Source: Camelus dromedarius (lineage: Eukaryota). From it: a stretch of 64,000 bases of DNA. The DNA lies in contig NC_087437.1 of NCBI RefSeq assembly GCF_036321535.1, positions 93,064,001 to 93,128,000 of the forward strand. The letters are read 5' to 3'. Each line of letters starts with the position of its first letter. Positions within the stretch are counted from its first letter, which is position 1. This document shows positions 27,991 to 41,702 of this stretch, piece after piece. The notes beneath the pieces are model-generated. The model saw nothing but the letters and a program-made list of their open reading frames with translations, made no database searches and was not told the origin of the DNA. The translations under genes and the position numbers were made by a program.

Positions 27991-30900
27991 CACCTGCAGT
28001 ACACACATAATTTTGCCTATTTTTTAATTTCTATAAGAGAAATTATTTACTGAAGACTCTTCTAAATTATAGCCAGAAAATTATTTGAAAGCATAAAACT
28101 GTGCAATCAAATTTGTAGTTATATAAGTCAATTAGTAGAGTTTACCTCTTAGTAAGTTTTCACTCTGTGTTTCCACTATTCCTATAAAGTTTTTTTAGTG
28201 GATTGCGGGAATAACATTAAAGTCAATATGTATATATTCCTGGATGGTTGTTTAGAATGTCTGCTAAGTTATGAATATTTAGATATTCATGAGTCTTGAC
28301 ATCTGTCACTTGGAATGTTTAAAGTTTCTTTTTCCTCTGTGAAAAAGACATATTTAATGACTCTATGTAAAGTTTCAAGAAGTTTGGGGACAACTTTGAC
28401 AGAGTTGTTATATACGTTCATGTGCCAGTTTGTATGTGACTGTTGTATTGTTCTGCATACTTATTTTAATATTTTTAGTATAATTAGAGTCTCTTAAATA
28501 TTTCTTTACTCTTTGGGCAAGCTAAGCATTTATTTCTGAATAGTTTTCTTTATATTGTTTAAAATTTAATACATCATGTTCATTTCGGATAGTCACTATT
28601 TAAGACATGTTCCATGATCATAGCGTATTTGGTACTGTTTCCCTCTGTACTATATGTACTTCTAACCTAAAGAATGGAAGTTTACTTAGACATCTGTCAC
28701 ACTCTTAGGTTTTTCAGTACGTTAAATTCACTTAATTGTGTGTCTACGTGTACAAAATATTTCACCATATAAAGTAAAAATCACAAAACTGAGATGCTGC
28801 CATCTCCTACACAGTCCAGATCAAAGTTCCCAAACACACTCTCTAAGGAAGAAGGAAGAAGAACAAAAAGTGAACAATCACCATTGAAGTCCGCTCTTTA
28901 GAAAGAATCTTCACGTAATAATTCTGCTTGTATGTCATTGGACAAAACTTAGACACATAGCCATAAAGCAAAGTCAGGAAATGTCTTTTCTTGAAAACAG
29001 TTTATCTAGCTGAAAAAAAAAAAAAGAAAAGTTTCTTAGACTTAAGGAGAAATGTGTCTCTGACATAGAAGATAATGTTTAAGCTGGTTGTTGAAGAATG
29101 GACAGGATTTCTGGAGGCAAAAACAGGCATTACAGACCAGGGACTAAGTGGAGAGAAGATGGAGAGGCAAGACCCCTAACTGTGATCATATTGCTGTGGG
29201 TCATCTGGTTTGACTGCAGCAAGGTCTGTATATTGAGAGAGGAAGCTCCAAGGGAGAGCAGAGAAACTCTACTCGTCCAGGGACAAGTAATAGTGATGAG
29301 CATTGACAGATGGATTAGTGTAACTAATGAAATGAATGGATATGACAAAAGTCAAACACATGGCTGATTAAATTACTAGTTGCATTGCTTCATTTCTGTG
29401 TTCTTGTCTTTACCAAACTGTTTAATCTTATTAGAATTTTAGTTTTTATGGAAGTGCAGAGAATGGCTTAACCGTATGGAAGATTTTATAGTTTACCTGA
29501 ATGAAGGAGGGTGGTGGTTTAGGTTGCATCAAACCTCTCTGGGAGACCCATGTGTCCTATTTCCAATGCCATTATTTTAAAGACATAGAGACTGTTTATG
29601 TGATTTTGAATCCTCCCTTTTAATGGCCTTCAAAGCCAGTTCATAGGCTAATTCATAACCTCACTGTCACATTTTTAAAATTCAAACTCAGTTTTACCCA
29701 GAGCAAAGGGCAACGCCTGAAGCAAGCAAGTACAAATACTGAGACCCTTTCTTCTTACTGGGGGAAGAAGTTCACAGTCTTTCCCACAAGCCACCGTGCT
29801 GCTCAGGAACTTTTTTCCTCATTTCTTTGGCACCAGTGGCCTGAGAAGAGGCAAGAGCTGACAGCAGGGATGCAGAAGAGGATAACTATCTGTTGGCAGG
29901 AACTTGGAGGGATGGAAGCATTGTCCAAAGGCAAATTGATACTGGTTCTTTGATTAAGTTATAAGCAAGTAGTTAAGTCTCTCTACTAGGGAGTTAGAGT
30001 TGCTGGCTACAGAAGAAAGGCTGTGGGAGATTGAAACTCAGAAAAGCTGTATCCAAGCTGTGCCTTGAAAGAGCCTTAGATTCTTTTACAGAAATACTCA
30101 TCCAGCCTGGGAATGAATCCAGGATTGAGTTCAACGGATGTCAGTTACAGAGTATAGAGGATTTAAATGAACATTTTCTTTCCAATCTGACTTCCTGTGG
30201 TTCTGTTGTTCCCTTCTAAATGTGTCTGCTCAGCTCTTAATAATTCATTAGGGAAGTTCATTCATCTCTATTACTATGTATTTTTGATGTGAGCACAAGG
30301 ACTTATTGGTAACATATCCTAAATCAGGCAACTTTTTTAGGGAAAAACAGCACAGTCTGACTCCACTACTAAATGTTTGAGTCTAAACCTAAAGTTAGAA
30401 TAGCCACCAAACCATGTGTATAATCAATTTTATAATCAGCCCATATAGTTTTGGGTTTTGTATTCCTGTTTTCCTTTCTTGTTTTCTACCACCTAAAAAG
30501 GTGCGGAGTCTTTCAGTGGGTTCCCTAGTCACACACAAACCTTTCACACTTTTTACAAGGCTGCCCACTAGCAAATCATTTTCTAAGACATTTGTAACTA
30601 CTTGCAAAAATATCTGAATTCAGTCAGGATTTTCTTAAAGAAGTCTTTTTCCTCCCATTTCTTCCTTAGTGAGATTTATCCCCCACTCCATGCCCTCCAA
30701 AGAATGTTTGAAGTCCTCTGCATCGTGCAGCATCAGAAAGCTTCAGAAAAAAAGCAAAAGTCCATTACTGTTGCTATCAATTTCCTTAAGAAAATCATAT
30801 CTAGTTCTTAACAAATTATATTTGCATAAAAATAGCACATTTTCAATTCGGCCTCATTTGTTTCGTTCATTGTTTTATCCTTGGCTTGATCATACACTTA

Positions 30901-33892
30901 CTTATTTTAAAACAAAACTGTGCCACAAAAATGGAATGTAGGTCAAAGTCTGTATAACAATATGAACCATTTGAAATTCTACTTCCCACCGGCATGGCAT
31001 TCAGAGGGAAACCCCTGAGGAGGCCTCTGAGGAATAGAACTGAGGTGATCTGTCTGTTCCCTTCTGGTAAATAAACATCTCCCCATCCTTGATGGTGTGG
31101 GTATGCTCCTCTGTATCCATCGCCTTTCCACCCCAAAGCACTTTTGCCTTTTTCTTATGACCCTTATAAAGACCAATTTTGCAATTGGTTAAAAAAAAAA
31201 ATTGTTAGGTGATTCTTTATCTGAGTCGCTGTGCTGTGAACTGGGTTATCAAAAAAAAGTAAGATAGAACTTTCTATAAGCAATATGTAACCTACTAAGG
31301 GAAGTAGATGTGATTTCCTTCATTTTTTTCTTTCCACACAGGTTTAATACGTCCTTGACTGTACTCTGTGCCTGCTAGTTGATAAGGCAGTAGGAATAAC
31401 AGGTGAAAATATAGGATACCTACCCTCAGTCTAATAAAGAGACTGGCAAAAACAAAACAACAGATGCCAAAAAAATTACACTATTTAAATAATTGTTTTC
31501 ATAAGGGGAAAAAAATTGTATTAAGTACTAGTGGAAGCACAAGCACTTCCCGCAGGAGTTCAAAAAGGCCTCGGGGACACCAAAAAGCCATAACTTGGAG
31601 GAGTAGTAGCAGAACATGCGGTGCACACAGGGAGCGCAGGTCGGTAATAAGTACACTTTATTTGTACCCTTGAGAGTGGAATTGGAAATACACTCTTACA
31701 CATCATTTTATGGAGCTTTCATTATCTTCCCTACTGCCTGTACATGCATAATAGGTTTCTAGCTAATGTCATTCAAATCAAGTACCCAATGCCAGGTACA
31801 ATGGAGAGAATACAGATGATCTCAGTTTGAATGCTAACCTTGATACTTTATACCTGCATCACCTTAGAAAGTCACATTACTTTCCTGATCTATTATCTGA
31901 AAATAGGACTAACAGCCCCCTCCCATACTGAGAGGACTTTGTGACTATTATTTGAAATAACTGGTGAAATTCTAGCACAGAGTCTGTGTATGTAGAGGGC
32001 TCTTGAGTAGTTAACTATTGCTTTTATTAATTTAATACAGATTTAGGATTACTTTATATTTCATTTACTTAACGTGTTTTTCCATTTTCTTGATTTAAAT
32101 AAAAGCATCAAGAAATATATAATTACCTTTCAATATAATAATGCTCATTCTTTAGTATTTCAAATGACTGATTTATAAATGTGTCTGCCTTTATTCTACC
32201 GCACCTGTATGCAGGTAATATAAGTTACACTGATTTTGTACTTATGGACATTGATAGTTAATAATGTTTTTTTGTTTGTCTGCTTGTTTTATTTTGACAA
32301 CCTTCTTATCAAAACACTTGACCTCAGCGTTTACTTCATCCACTATCCTGTGCCTTATTGATGGGAACTTACCACCCAAAGCCATTCTAATCATGTAGAT
32401 AAGTGAAGGGATTGATGGGTTTGGCCATGTTCCAAGCAAAGTTCAAGTTGAAAATTGTTTTCTGAAATGCCCAGAGCTCATTTGGTTAATGCCTCAAGAC
32501 TTTTTATGCATCATTTATCAAGGGGAAGATTGGGGAGGGCAAGGCAGAATGAGGGCATTGACCCACCTGGCTACCCCAGCCCTAGCAGAAGCACCGTTCC
32601 TGGACTCTGTAAGCTGTCACAGGGCCATGGACATGAGTCACGATGGTGTTATTATGTGGAGGAAATATAGGGGATGAAAGACTAAAATTGATCATGTCTT
32701 TGGTTCAAAATATTAGCTTGTAAATTTGTTATAGGAATTTTAATGAAACCTAATAGCATACTAGTCCCTTTTTTTTAGTGTCTTAAGATAGTAAATACAT
32801 ATATACACACGCACAGACACATACACCATAAAACACCTCAGAATTTAAAATTTGCAAATACAAAGCTTACATACAGCTAAGATTAACCATTGTCTCCCAG
32901 GTGTTTAGTTAAATACTACCCATCAGAATATCCTAGAATAAACAAACAAAAAATAAAGCACTTATTTCTCATGGTACAGTTTTCAGTTCTTCGGTTTTAG
33001 CCTCAGACTTCACTGCCATCGCTCTCTTTCCATTCATCAGTGTCCTTTCTTGTTACTCAGTCTGTTACAGGCCTTCAGATGTTCCTTCAGCCTGCTCGCA
33101 CTTATTCCTGGTGAGTACTGTTTCCCCTTGGAAGCACTCCTCAGGGGTCAGTCTCCCGTCTCCCACCCGCCATGGTTTTCTTCTCTCCCTGGCCCTCCCT
33201 CTGCGAACTTTTCCAGGCTCCTCTTCTCCACCCTAGCCACACATGTGGATGTCCCTTGGGCTTTGTCACACTCTCTTGTCTGCCACTGTTACCTGAATGT
33301 TCTTCCCAGTCAATTTCATCCACTCCCGTGGCATCAGCTACCCTGTGTTTCTAAAAGCCATATCCATGCCTAGTAGGAAAAGATGTTGTTTTTTTTTTTA
33401 ATACCGAGGGAAAGTCTGGAATTCCAAGACTGAGTTCCTAAGACTGACCCCCCCACCTTCCATGTATATTGACATAATTTCAGGCCTGTCCTCTCCAAAT
33501 TGCTGTGCTGTCGTCTCAGGGCCTTTACATCTGTTCTTTGGAAAGATTTGCTGCTGTTTTCTCATTTCCTCCCCTATGATGTTTTGTGGTTTTAACACTT
33601 ACCGATCCCCTAAGCCTTTTTGGAGCCTTCTCCACCTCTTTAAGGAAACATGCGTTTTTATAGTTGTTTAGTTCTGTCTTTCTCCCTTATTAGATTGTAA
33701 ACTCTGTGAGGACAGGGGCCACACTGATGTACACTGAGTCTGTTATCCGATACACAGGATCCACTTCAGTAGTTTTAAAATTGTAATCTTGTGTTCTAGT
33801 TAAGCGAATGACCAATCTAGGGAGTCATGGGGTTCAGAATATAATCGCTAACTTGCACCTTATAAATGAAGGGTGTGCAGGAGGGAGGCTCC

Positions 33893-34760
33893 ATGGAGAA
33901 CCCAGAGACCCAGAGACCATAGGGTTTGATTTGAAAATAGTCCAGTACAGTTAAGAGGAATGGGCATTAAAGTTTGTTTGGCTGTTTGTTTTTTTTAATA
34001 TTTTCATTAAGACTGTACTATATATACATACACATGTGTATTTATATACATTTATATGTGTATTTTAAGTCCATAAATAGATACACTTGATATCAACGAA
34101 GAATTACCCAAAATCCACAGCATGGAGGCTGTGATAAACTTGAACGCTAAATCCCAGGCGCACTGCTGACTTCTGTTCGTCTTGCCGCAGCTGGCATGCC
34201 ACCCTTCGTATCCTCTTCTGGGTCACATTGTTACAGTTTGCCTCTGTGCCTCAATAGCGATGGTGTAGACCGTTACCAATTGCAGAGAGACACATCCAAC
34301 CTTACCAAATATTTCAGGAGTCCCTGTTGCAGGGAACACGCACAGGAACATGCTGTGGAGAATGAAGAAGAAACATTAGGTGTAGCCCCTGCCCAGAGCC
34401 GTCGTGATCACTGTCAAAGGCAGGGCGGAGGAGTGGAGAGCAGATTTCCTTTTCAAAAAAGGGAAATCACAGCTCCTGGTTTAGAAGAATATTTCATGCT
34501 GTACCCACCCTTTGGTGACTTGGGTACCCACTGATGGTCTGGAGAAAGACCAAAGCATTTGATTTTAAAATAGATACTTCCTTTTAAGAGTTAGTTTTCA
34601 ATACAGTTAAGAGGAGTAGGAGCTAAAGTTTTTTTTGTTTTTTTTTTTATTCTCATTAAAACTGTCCCTTATTCTCATATATACATAGCTCGGTATCAAC
34701 ACAGAGTTATATAACATCCACAGCATGGAGGCTGTGATAGACGCTAATTAATTCCTAGGT
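33893..34760. repeat. Diverged direct duplication of about 200-260 bp (copies ~33893-34158 and ~34540-34759)
   Basis: Collinear shared blocks tttgattt.aaaatag, tacagttaagagga, tcattaa.actgt, tatcaac, and an identical 24-mer atccacagcatggaggctgtgata at 34113-34136 and 34716-34739. Confidence 0.85.
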
Positions 34761-37438
34761 AAAATTAGTATGCATTACAGTTTAGAGAAACAAAACACAG
34801 AAACCGGCTATCAAAATGTTCAGCTAACAGAGCTGGGGCTTTTTTCATTAGTTGTATTGTCTCGAATTTCATCACTGTACCAGCTGGCTTCTTGTCAATT
34901 TATAGTTTGGACCTTTACATCAAACAGCAAAAAATTAATTACAGGAAAAGAAATCCCAATAGGAATTTTGCGCTTAGAGGTTTTTCACAATTAACCAGAC
35001 GTGAATGGTGCTGTTTACAGAGGAAGTGGAAAGGAAGAGAAGGAACTTAGTAGAATTTTCTAGAATCTTTAATTAACTGTAGCAATGTTAGTCACTTGCT
35101 TCCCTGTTTTTGCTTTAAAGCTGTTTAGCCAAAGCTTTCAGCCTTCTCATTTCTGGAAGCACCCACTTCTGTTACTATATTGAATGCAATGAATCATGGC
35201 ATGAACTGTGAATTTTCTTACAAAACGTCTCTAGTGACAGCTCAAAAAAGTACCATCCTCCCTTCATTTTGGAATGGATAACATCGTATGTATTACATTA
35301 GTGATCATAATCATAATTTAATAAGCAGAAAGATCAGGCTTTGATGGTTAGTGCCAGGTTCCTTGTAATGCATACTTTGGACTTGGAAGTTTTGTTCTTA
35401 GAAGTCACACTCATTGCCTCTCTGCTAGAATTAGTTTAAATGTGACTTTTCTAAGCCTCTTATCTATTGAATAAACCAGCCAAAGATTTTTAAAATGCGT
35501 TCTTCAATTTAGGCTTCTACTTTTTTTTCCCCCTCTTTTTTATATATCTTAAAAATCCTTACTTGTGTTCCATTCTTCTGGGTCCTAACATTTTAATACA
35601 GTGAGTAGTTCTTACCCTTTTTAAGACTCAGAAGCCTGGAGAGTCTGAAGAAAACCTTTCTCCCCTCAGAAAAATGCACACATGAACATACATACGTATT
35701 TTGCATAACGTGTCAGGAATCAGTACGAGTGCAGGAAACCCAGGTTATAAATGCCTGTTGCTTTCATTGGGGAATATATACATATATTATGTATGCATGT
35801 AAACATAACATATATTTATATATAATTGAGAAATATACGTACACACGTATTTTTTAATTTAGTGAAATTAAAATGCTGATTCAGATCATGTGTTTCTTGT
35901 TCCATCAAGTTATCTGTACTAAAACAGATCAATTACCTCCTTTGCCATTACCTGAATAAATTTAGATTTCTTATCCATCTTTATACAGCAGCCCTTACTT
36001 ATAAGCTTATTTGGTGGCCATACTTCACTGTGCTGTCTGAAGTGCTGCCACATTTCCTAAGTCATTCATAGAGACGGCTGAGACGAACATTCTTAACTTC
36101 TTTTAATGATAGTATTTTTCTTCATTAGGTTTGTGAGCTGTGAGCTGGTGGAAGATTCTAACAGGCATTTTCCAGTTTTCTCTGTTCAGTCTCAGAATGG
36201 TTCGCTGTTATTCCAAGGTCACTTTGGAAGTCTTTCTGTGATTTGCTTCCATTTATTTTATGCTTGTGTTTACAGTTTTGAACCAAATATGAAATTTAAT
36301 GTTGTGCTGGTCTACATTAAACTTAATTTGCCCCTTGTCAAATCGTTTACAGCAGAGGTAACATTCAAAAGCCACTCTGTAGAATGTTCTGTCTGCAATC
36401 ACTAGTATAATTTTTCTGTTTCTTTGTTGTATGCAGCTTTCTATATCTTTCAGTATAAACAGAAGCCTCTCCAGGAGATTTTCAGAAACTCTAAATTAGT
36501 CTCTAATAGAGATTAATAAATTATTCTCTAATAGTATAGGATCTTTATATCATATTTTTAAATAGTTTTTTCTAACTCAGAAGTTTAATTTCATGTCCCA
36601 TATTGTGAGTATGCTTATTGGAATTGTTCTTTAGTGACATGCAAAATCCCAAATTGGGTTATGATACCAAACATTCTTCCCACTTGCATCTTTCCCCTGT
36701 TTTTTTTCCATGGAATAAGTTTTCTTCATAGTAGTTAATAATTTTTAGATGTTATTGAAAAGATAAATGAATATTTAAGGTCAGTGTATGTTGGAAGGCA
36801 CTAAAGTGAAATCTTTAATTTAAATAATAAAAAATACTTTTAAAGTAGAAACTTAAACATATACATTAAGGAATATAATTTGTGTGTGTGTTAAACATGA
36901 TTTTCAGGCAACAACTTGCCATCTTATGCCTGTGTCTTCAAATAAATAGAATGTTCAAAACTTGGGAAAGGTTTTCTCTTAGAATCTTGGTGGCTGTTTA
37001 CCTTTGAACAGCTATTTTACTTATTCAGTTTATGTTAGGGAAATATCAGATGATATACAGAGATGCATTTATAAGGCTGCTCATTTTTATAACACTAAAA
37101 TATTATAAAAAGCCAAAATGACTACTATGAGGAAAATAGTTAAATAAAATTGCTTTCTGTGCACACAATGGAATACCATCCTGGTGCTATACACTTATTA
37201 ACATAGAAAATGCTCATATTAAAATTCAAAATAGCATAGAATATAAATCTACCTTTTTTCAAAAACAAATTTAGGTAAGTAGGTAGAGAGTTGGGTAGGT
37301 AACATGATGGCTAGATAGATGGTTGGATGGATATGTATAGAAATACAGATATGACTAGAGACAGAGATACAGATATGTAGCTATTGCTGTATCTACAAGT
37401 GAAAATAAATAAAATATTTACCTAAAGGGAAACAAGGG

Positions 37439-37797
37439 TGTCTTATTTTGCTTGGGCTGCTGTGATGAAATGCCAAAGACCAGGTAGCTTATAAACAATA
37501 GAAATTTATTTCTGTCAATTTCTGGAGGCTGGGAGTCTGAGATCAGAGTACCAGCAAGGTTGAGTGGTGGTCATACTCACTCAACTGAGTCATAGACTTC
37601 TAGTTGTAGCCTCTTGTGGTGGAAGGAGAAAGGGAGCTCGGTGGAGCCTTTTTTATAAGAACGTTAGTCCCATTACTACAGGCTCTACCCTCATGACCTA
37701 AACACCTTCCACAGCCCTCACCTCCTAATACCATCACAGTGAGGATTAGGATTTCAACGTACGAATTTTGGGGGTCACGAACACTCAGGTCATAACA
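37439..37797 (-). mobile_element. MaLR solo LTR (MLT1A-like)
   Basis: tgtcttattttgcttgggctgctg...cttataaacaatagaaatttatttct...tctggaggctgggagtctgagatca...acactcaggtcataaca. Explains ORF 37600-37953. Confidence 0.8.
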
Positions 37798-39169
37798 AGT
37801 GGCTATCCAGTAAGATTTCAGATATTGTTTCTGTACATCTAATTGTGATTTTAAAAATAACGTGTCTGTCAGTACTTTACTTATACAATAGAAATAACAG
37901 TAAAAGAAAATATAATACTGTAACAGTAGTGGCCAGTATTTATTGAGCCACATATTGTGTCTTGCACTTACACATAGTTTGCAGGTGTTACCTCATTTAC
38001 TTGTAATTTTGCTACTCTTCAGTCCTTATTTATGCTATAGGTTGTAAGGATGTGAATTTTCATGCTAGAAAGTTAGAAATAAGTGACAATAATGTAATTT
38101 CACATTGGATCAGTTTTTGAATGGAATCCATGAATCCTTGAGTCTTCCTCTGTGTGTGTGTTTCCGGGGAACAAGTACTTAACTTTTAATCAGATTATGA
38201 GATGGGTTAATTCTGTTTCCTGTAGTTTTGGTCAAATTCACCATTCAATTCTGTACTGACCAAAACTAGGCTTCCGAGGAGGGGTACTAAGAGAGAAGCT
38301 CAGCTATACACTGAAGAAGGATTTATGTTTTCACCTCATCAGTCTACCTGAGGCAGTTAGAAAAGATGGCAAGCGACAGAAACTGTGACCTGCGTCACGT
38401 TTTCAAGAAGGCTGGAAAGAAATTAAGACGATGAGGAAGTCTTCAAGTGCCGGTAGTATTTCAGCCAGAACAGAATTACAGTTTTAGAAGGTTGTCCAAA
38501 GTGTTAATTGTGGGTGGAATATAATCAACTGTGTACTATATGTGTGTTATAAAAATATGTATGATTTATAGCAGAATATATACAACATATAACATATACA
38601 TGAGTATATATAGTAAATAGTGTATAGCATGTGTGTGTATAACTGTAAGTAACCCCTGAGAGCTAGTTCAGAGGTTGCAGGATGAACATGTAGTAGGAAT
38701 AATGAAGGAAGAGTGTGGTGAGGGGGTTCCCAACATAGCAACCTGATTTATCCTATCAGTTTGGATGCCTTGTAGCAAAATTACTTTCACATTTAATTCT
38801 GCCTTTTAAGATCTAAAATAATAGATAATTCAAAGAATGTTAATACTTGGCTTAGGGAAATGTGCTTGTATTATTAATTATGTGAATATGGAGTATTATT
38901 GTATTATTAATTATGTGAAAATGCATCAGTGGAGTAAGGAAAGGAATGGAGTACCATGAAACCTAGAGAACAGGGGCCAATTAGCTGTCTTGCGTTCATC
39001 GTGGTTGCTGGTATACCTGCTGCAGAGTCGAGCTGATCATTTCCCTCCTCAGAAAGATGGGAGCTAGAAATGCTAGCTTAATAACTCTCCCCTCTTGCCC
39101 TTTACATCATTCTTTCCTGAGCATCACCATTAAAGAGTGTATGACGTGAAAACTGCCGTACGTTGAAAG

Positions 39170-39380
39170 CTTTAGCTGCCAGACCCTGTGCCAAGTGCCT
39201 TACTTACCTCGTTTGAATCTTAAAAGAGCTTTTACGAAGCTTATCCTATTTTACAGATGAGGAAACTGAGCCCTGGAGAGACTCAGTTGCCTAAGTTCAC
39301 ATCACTCATAAATGTCCCCACTGGGATGGAAGCCCAAGTCTTGCTGACTTGGAAACCTGTGTTCATGGGCATCACACTCT
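39170..39380 (-). mobile_element. MIR SINE
   Basis: MIR core tatcctattttacagatgaggaaactgag is present. Confidence 0.75.
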
Positions 39381-40534
39381 TGACTCAGATGTAAAGAACT
39401 TTCAAATCTCCATGCTGTTAGTCTTTAAGGTGTGGTCTTCAGCCCACTGACTTTCAAAATACTACAGGGAGGCTGGTGAAAATGTAGATTTCCATCTGGA
39501 CTCACCCCAAAGGTAATGAGTCAGAATCCTTAGAGGATGAACATTTTTAATAAGCCTTCTTGGAATCTATGTGCTCCCTCTGGAGCATGTTATAGATTGA
39601 AAAAGCACAGCTCTACACTCTCTTGTTCCTATACCTAAAGGGTAGCATTTTGCACTGACCACTCTCCTTAAAGCTCTTCTTAGCCTTCTGTGTTTTCTTC
39701 TCCTGTCCCTCTTACTTGCTACCCAGTGATGCTCTGTCTTGTCTAATCAATCTTCTTTCTGCCTGCAGTTCCTGGGACACTGCCAGGGGTCCTTTTTCCT
39801 CCCGTGGCCGTAACTACCGTTGCTTATTGAGGCCTTAACAAATGAGTCTTGCTCTTCACCCCTGTTTCTCTCCTGAATTTCACTACTGTATTTTTATCAA
39901 TGTTCCTTTAAGTTTGCAGATGTCTTCATATTCTTCAAGTCTTAAACTTAGCGTGCCTCCAAATGAACTCTATCTTCCTCTGCCCCCATTTTCCCCAGCA
40001 CACTTCATGGCATCACCATTCAGTCTCCTGAGCTCGAAACCTCAAAACTGCTTCCAGGCTTCCCTTCCCTTCACTACCTCCATGCAGCAGGCGGTCATCA
40101 AATCCTGTTATCTCCACCTCAGAAATGCTGTTTTGAATCGATCATTTTCTCCATTCCCCCTGCATCTGGTCATCTCTTATCTTATGCTTTGAATTCCATG
40201 TCAGCTTTCCTACCATTCAACTATTTCCAGTATCCAATATCTTTTTCATCTTCTGCCAGAGATATATTAATTTTTAAAAAAGGAGCTTTGCACCCCAGTA
40301 CTTAAAAATAGCTCAAGATCTGAAGCTTATGAGGCCTATCCTAGTCTGACTTCATCCTGCCTGCCCCACCTCTTCTCACCAGAAGCCCTATTTTATGGCC
40401 AAACCAAACTCCTCACCGTGTCTCTCCTCACTCCAGGGCATTTGCACATCATTCTGCTATCTCGGAATCTCTGTCCTCCTATGAGAGTGTGGTCATTCTT
40501 TGCACTGTATTTCCATGGTGTCTGCTTCTGAACA

Positions 40535-40750
40535 ATACGGTAGAGTGGTGATCAAGAGTCAGGGCACTGAAATCAGACTGTCTGGGTTCAGAGGCCCCAC
40601 TACTTAAGAACTCTCTGTGCCTCAGCTTCCTTACCTATAAGATCGGGACAGTAATAGTACCTCCTTCAGGGCGGTTACGAATGGAAAGAATTAATTCACA
40701 TGCAGTGCTTCGAATAGTGGCTGGCACGTAGTAAGTCGACGTTAAGCGTT
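40535..40750 (+). mobile_element. MIR SINE
   Basis: agagtggtgatcaagagtcagggcactgaaatcagactgtctgggttca...ctctctgtgcctcagcttccttacctataa...gtggctggcacgtagtaag. Confidence 0.8.
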
Positions 40751-41535
40751 TTTTGCTGCCTCTACTCTGATCATCGTGATGGCACTGATGTAACAGTCTC
40801 CACCCAAAAAGGATAAAGGAACTGCTTATTAATCCCGGAGCGTGCTTGGGGATCTGTGGTCACACAGACATGGAAGTGTTTTGCTTGTAGGAAGCCTGGG
40901 TCCTGTTTGTGGGCTATTATACTTTTGCTGCCTTGTGACATTTCTAGTCTCTCCAAAATTCCCCGCTAGTTGAAATCCCGCTGGTCCTTGGACGTATAAT
41001 TTTCCCCAGATGGGCAGTACATTCATTATCAGTAAAGAACGTACTCTGACTACAATTCTGGAGGGATGTCATTTTGCTGGTTGGGTGAATGATGGAACGA
41101 GCTATGTCATGAGCTGACCATGGGCTGATGTGAACCAGGCTGCAGACCTAGGTGGGACCCCATGGTGCAGCAGAGAGAAGTTCCTATATCACTTTAGGGC
41201 ACCATAAAATAAATAAAGGTCTACAAAGTGAGAAATCTTGTTCCCTTTCCTGTCACATAGCAGGCAACATCATAAAAAAAATGTTATTTAGACTGAAATA
41301 CTAGAATTAAGAAAAATTTTTGCAGGCACTTTAATTTTCATGAAGCTGCTATAGACATATTTGTTTGGGTGTTATTTTTATTTTGATGACTATGGTCCTG
41401 AAAAGTTAAATGTAAATTGCAGTATTTCTTAGCAGAGTTTACCATTTAAAGCAGCTCGACAGTAAATCATTTTGAATTACATCCTAGCTTATTAGTTTTT
41501 ATTTATTAGAATATTAATATATGAGCTTCTTTTTT

Positions 41536-41684
41536 AATATTTTATTTATTATTGTGTTGCTTAATTATCTTTTGGGGGGGGAGGTAATTAGGTTTATTTA
41601 TTTTTAGAGGATGTACTGGGAATTGAACCCAGGACCTTGTGCATACTAAGCATGTGCTCTACCACTTGAGCTATACCCTCCCCC
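41536..41684 (-). mobile_element. tRNA-Ala-derived SINE (Vic-1-like), full length
   Basis: Reverse complement GGGGAGGGTATAGCTCAAGTGGTAGAGCACATGCTTAGTATGCACAAGGTCCTGGGTTCAATTCCCAG contains A and B boxes. Perfect 15-bp TSD atgagcttctttttt at 41521-41535 and 41685-41699. Confidence 0.9.
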
Positions 41685-41702
41685 ATGAGCTTCTTTTTTG
41701 CC

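Noticed and set aside
34196..34534. 112-aa ORF between the duplicated blocks
   Set aside because: No recognisable protein similarity or splice context; the length is attainable by chance in locally GC-richer DNA.
38866..38919. 21-bp direct repeat with a 12-bp spacer (CRISPR-like appearance)
   Set aside because: Only two AT-rich copies in a mammalian intron; an ordinary slippage duplication, like those near 7108-7156, 9626-9662 and 47260-47376.
41605..41684. tRNA-Ala gene
   Set aside because: The A-rich tail, TSD and imperfect stems identify it as a tRNA-derived SINE, not a functional tRNA.
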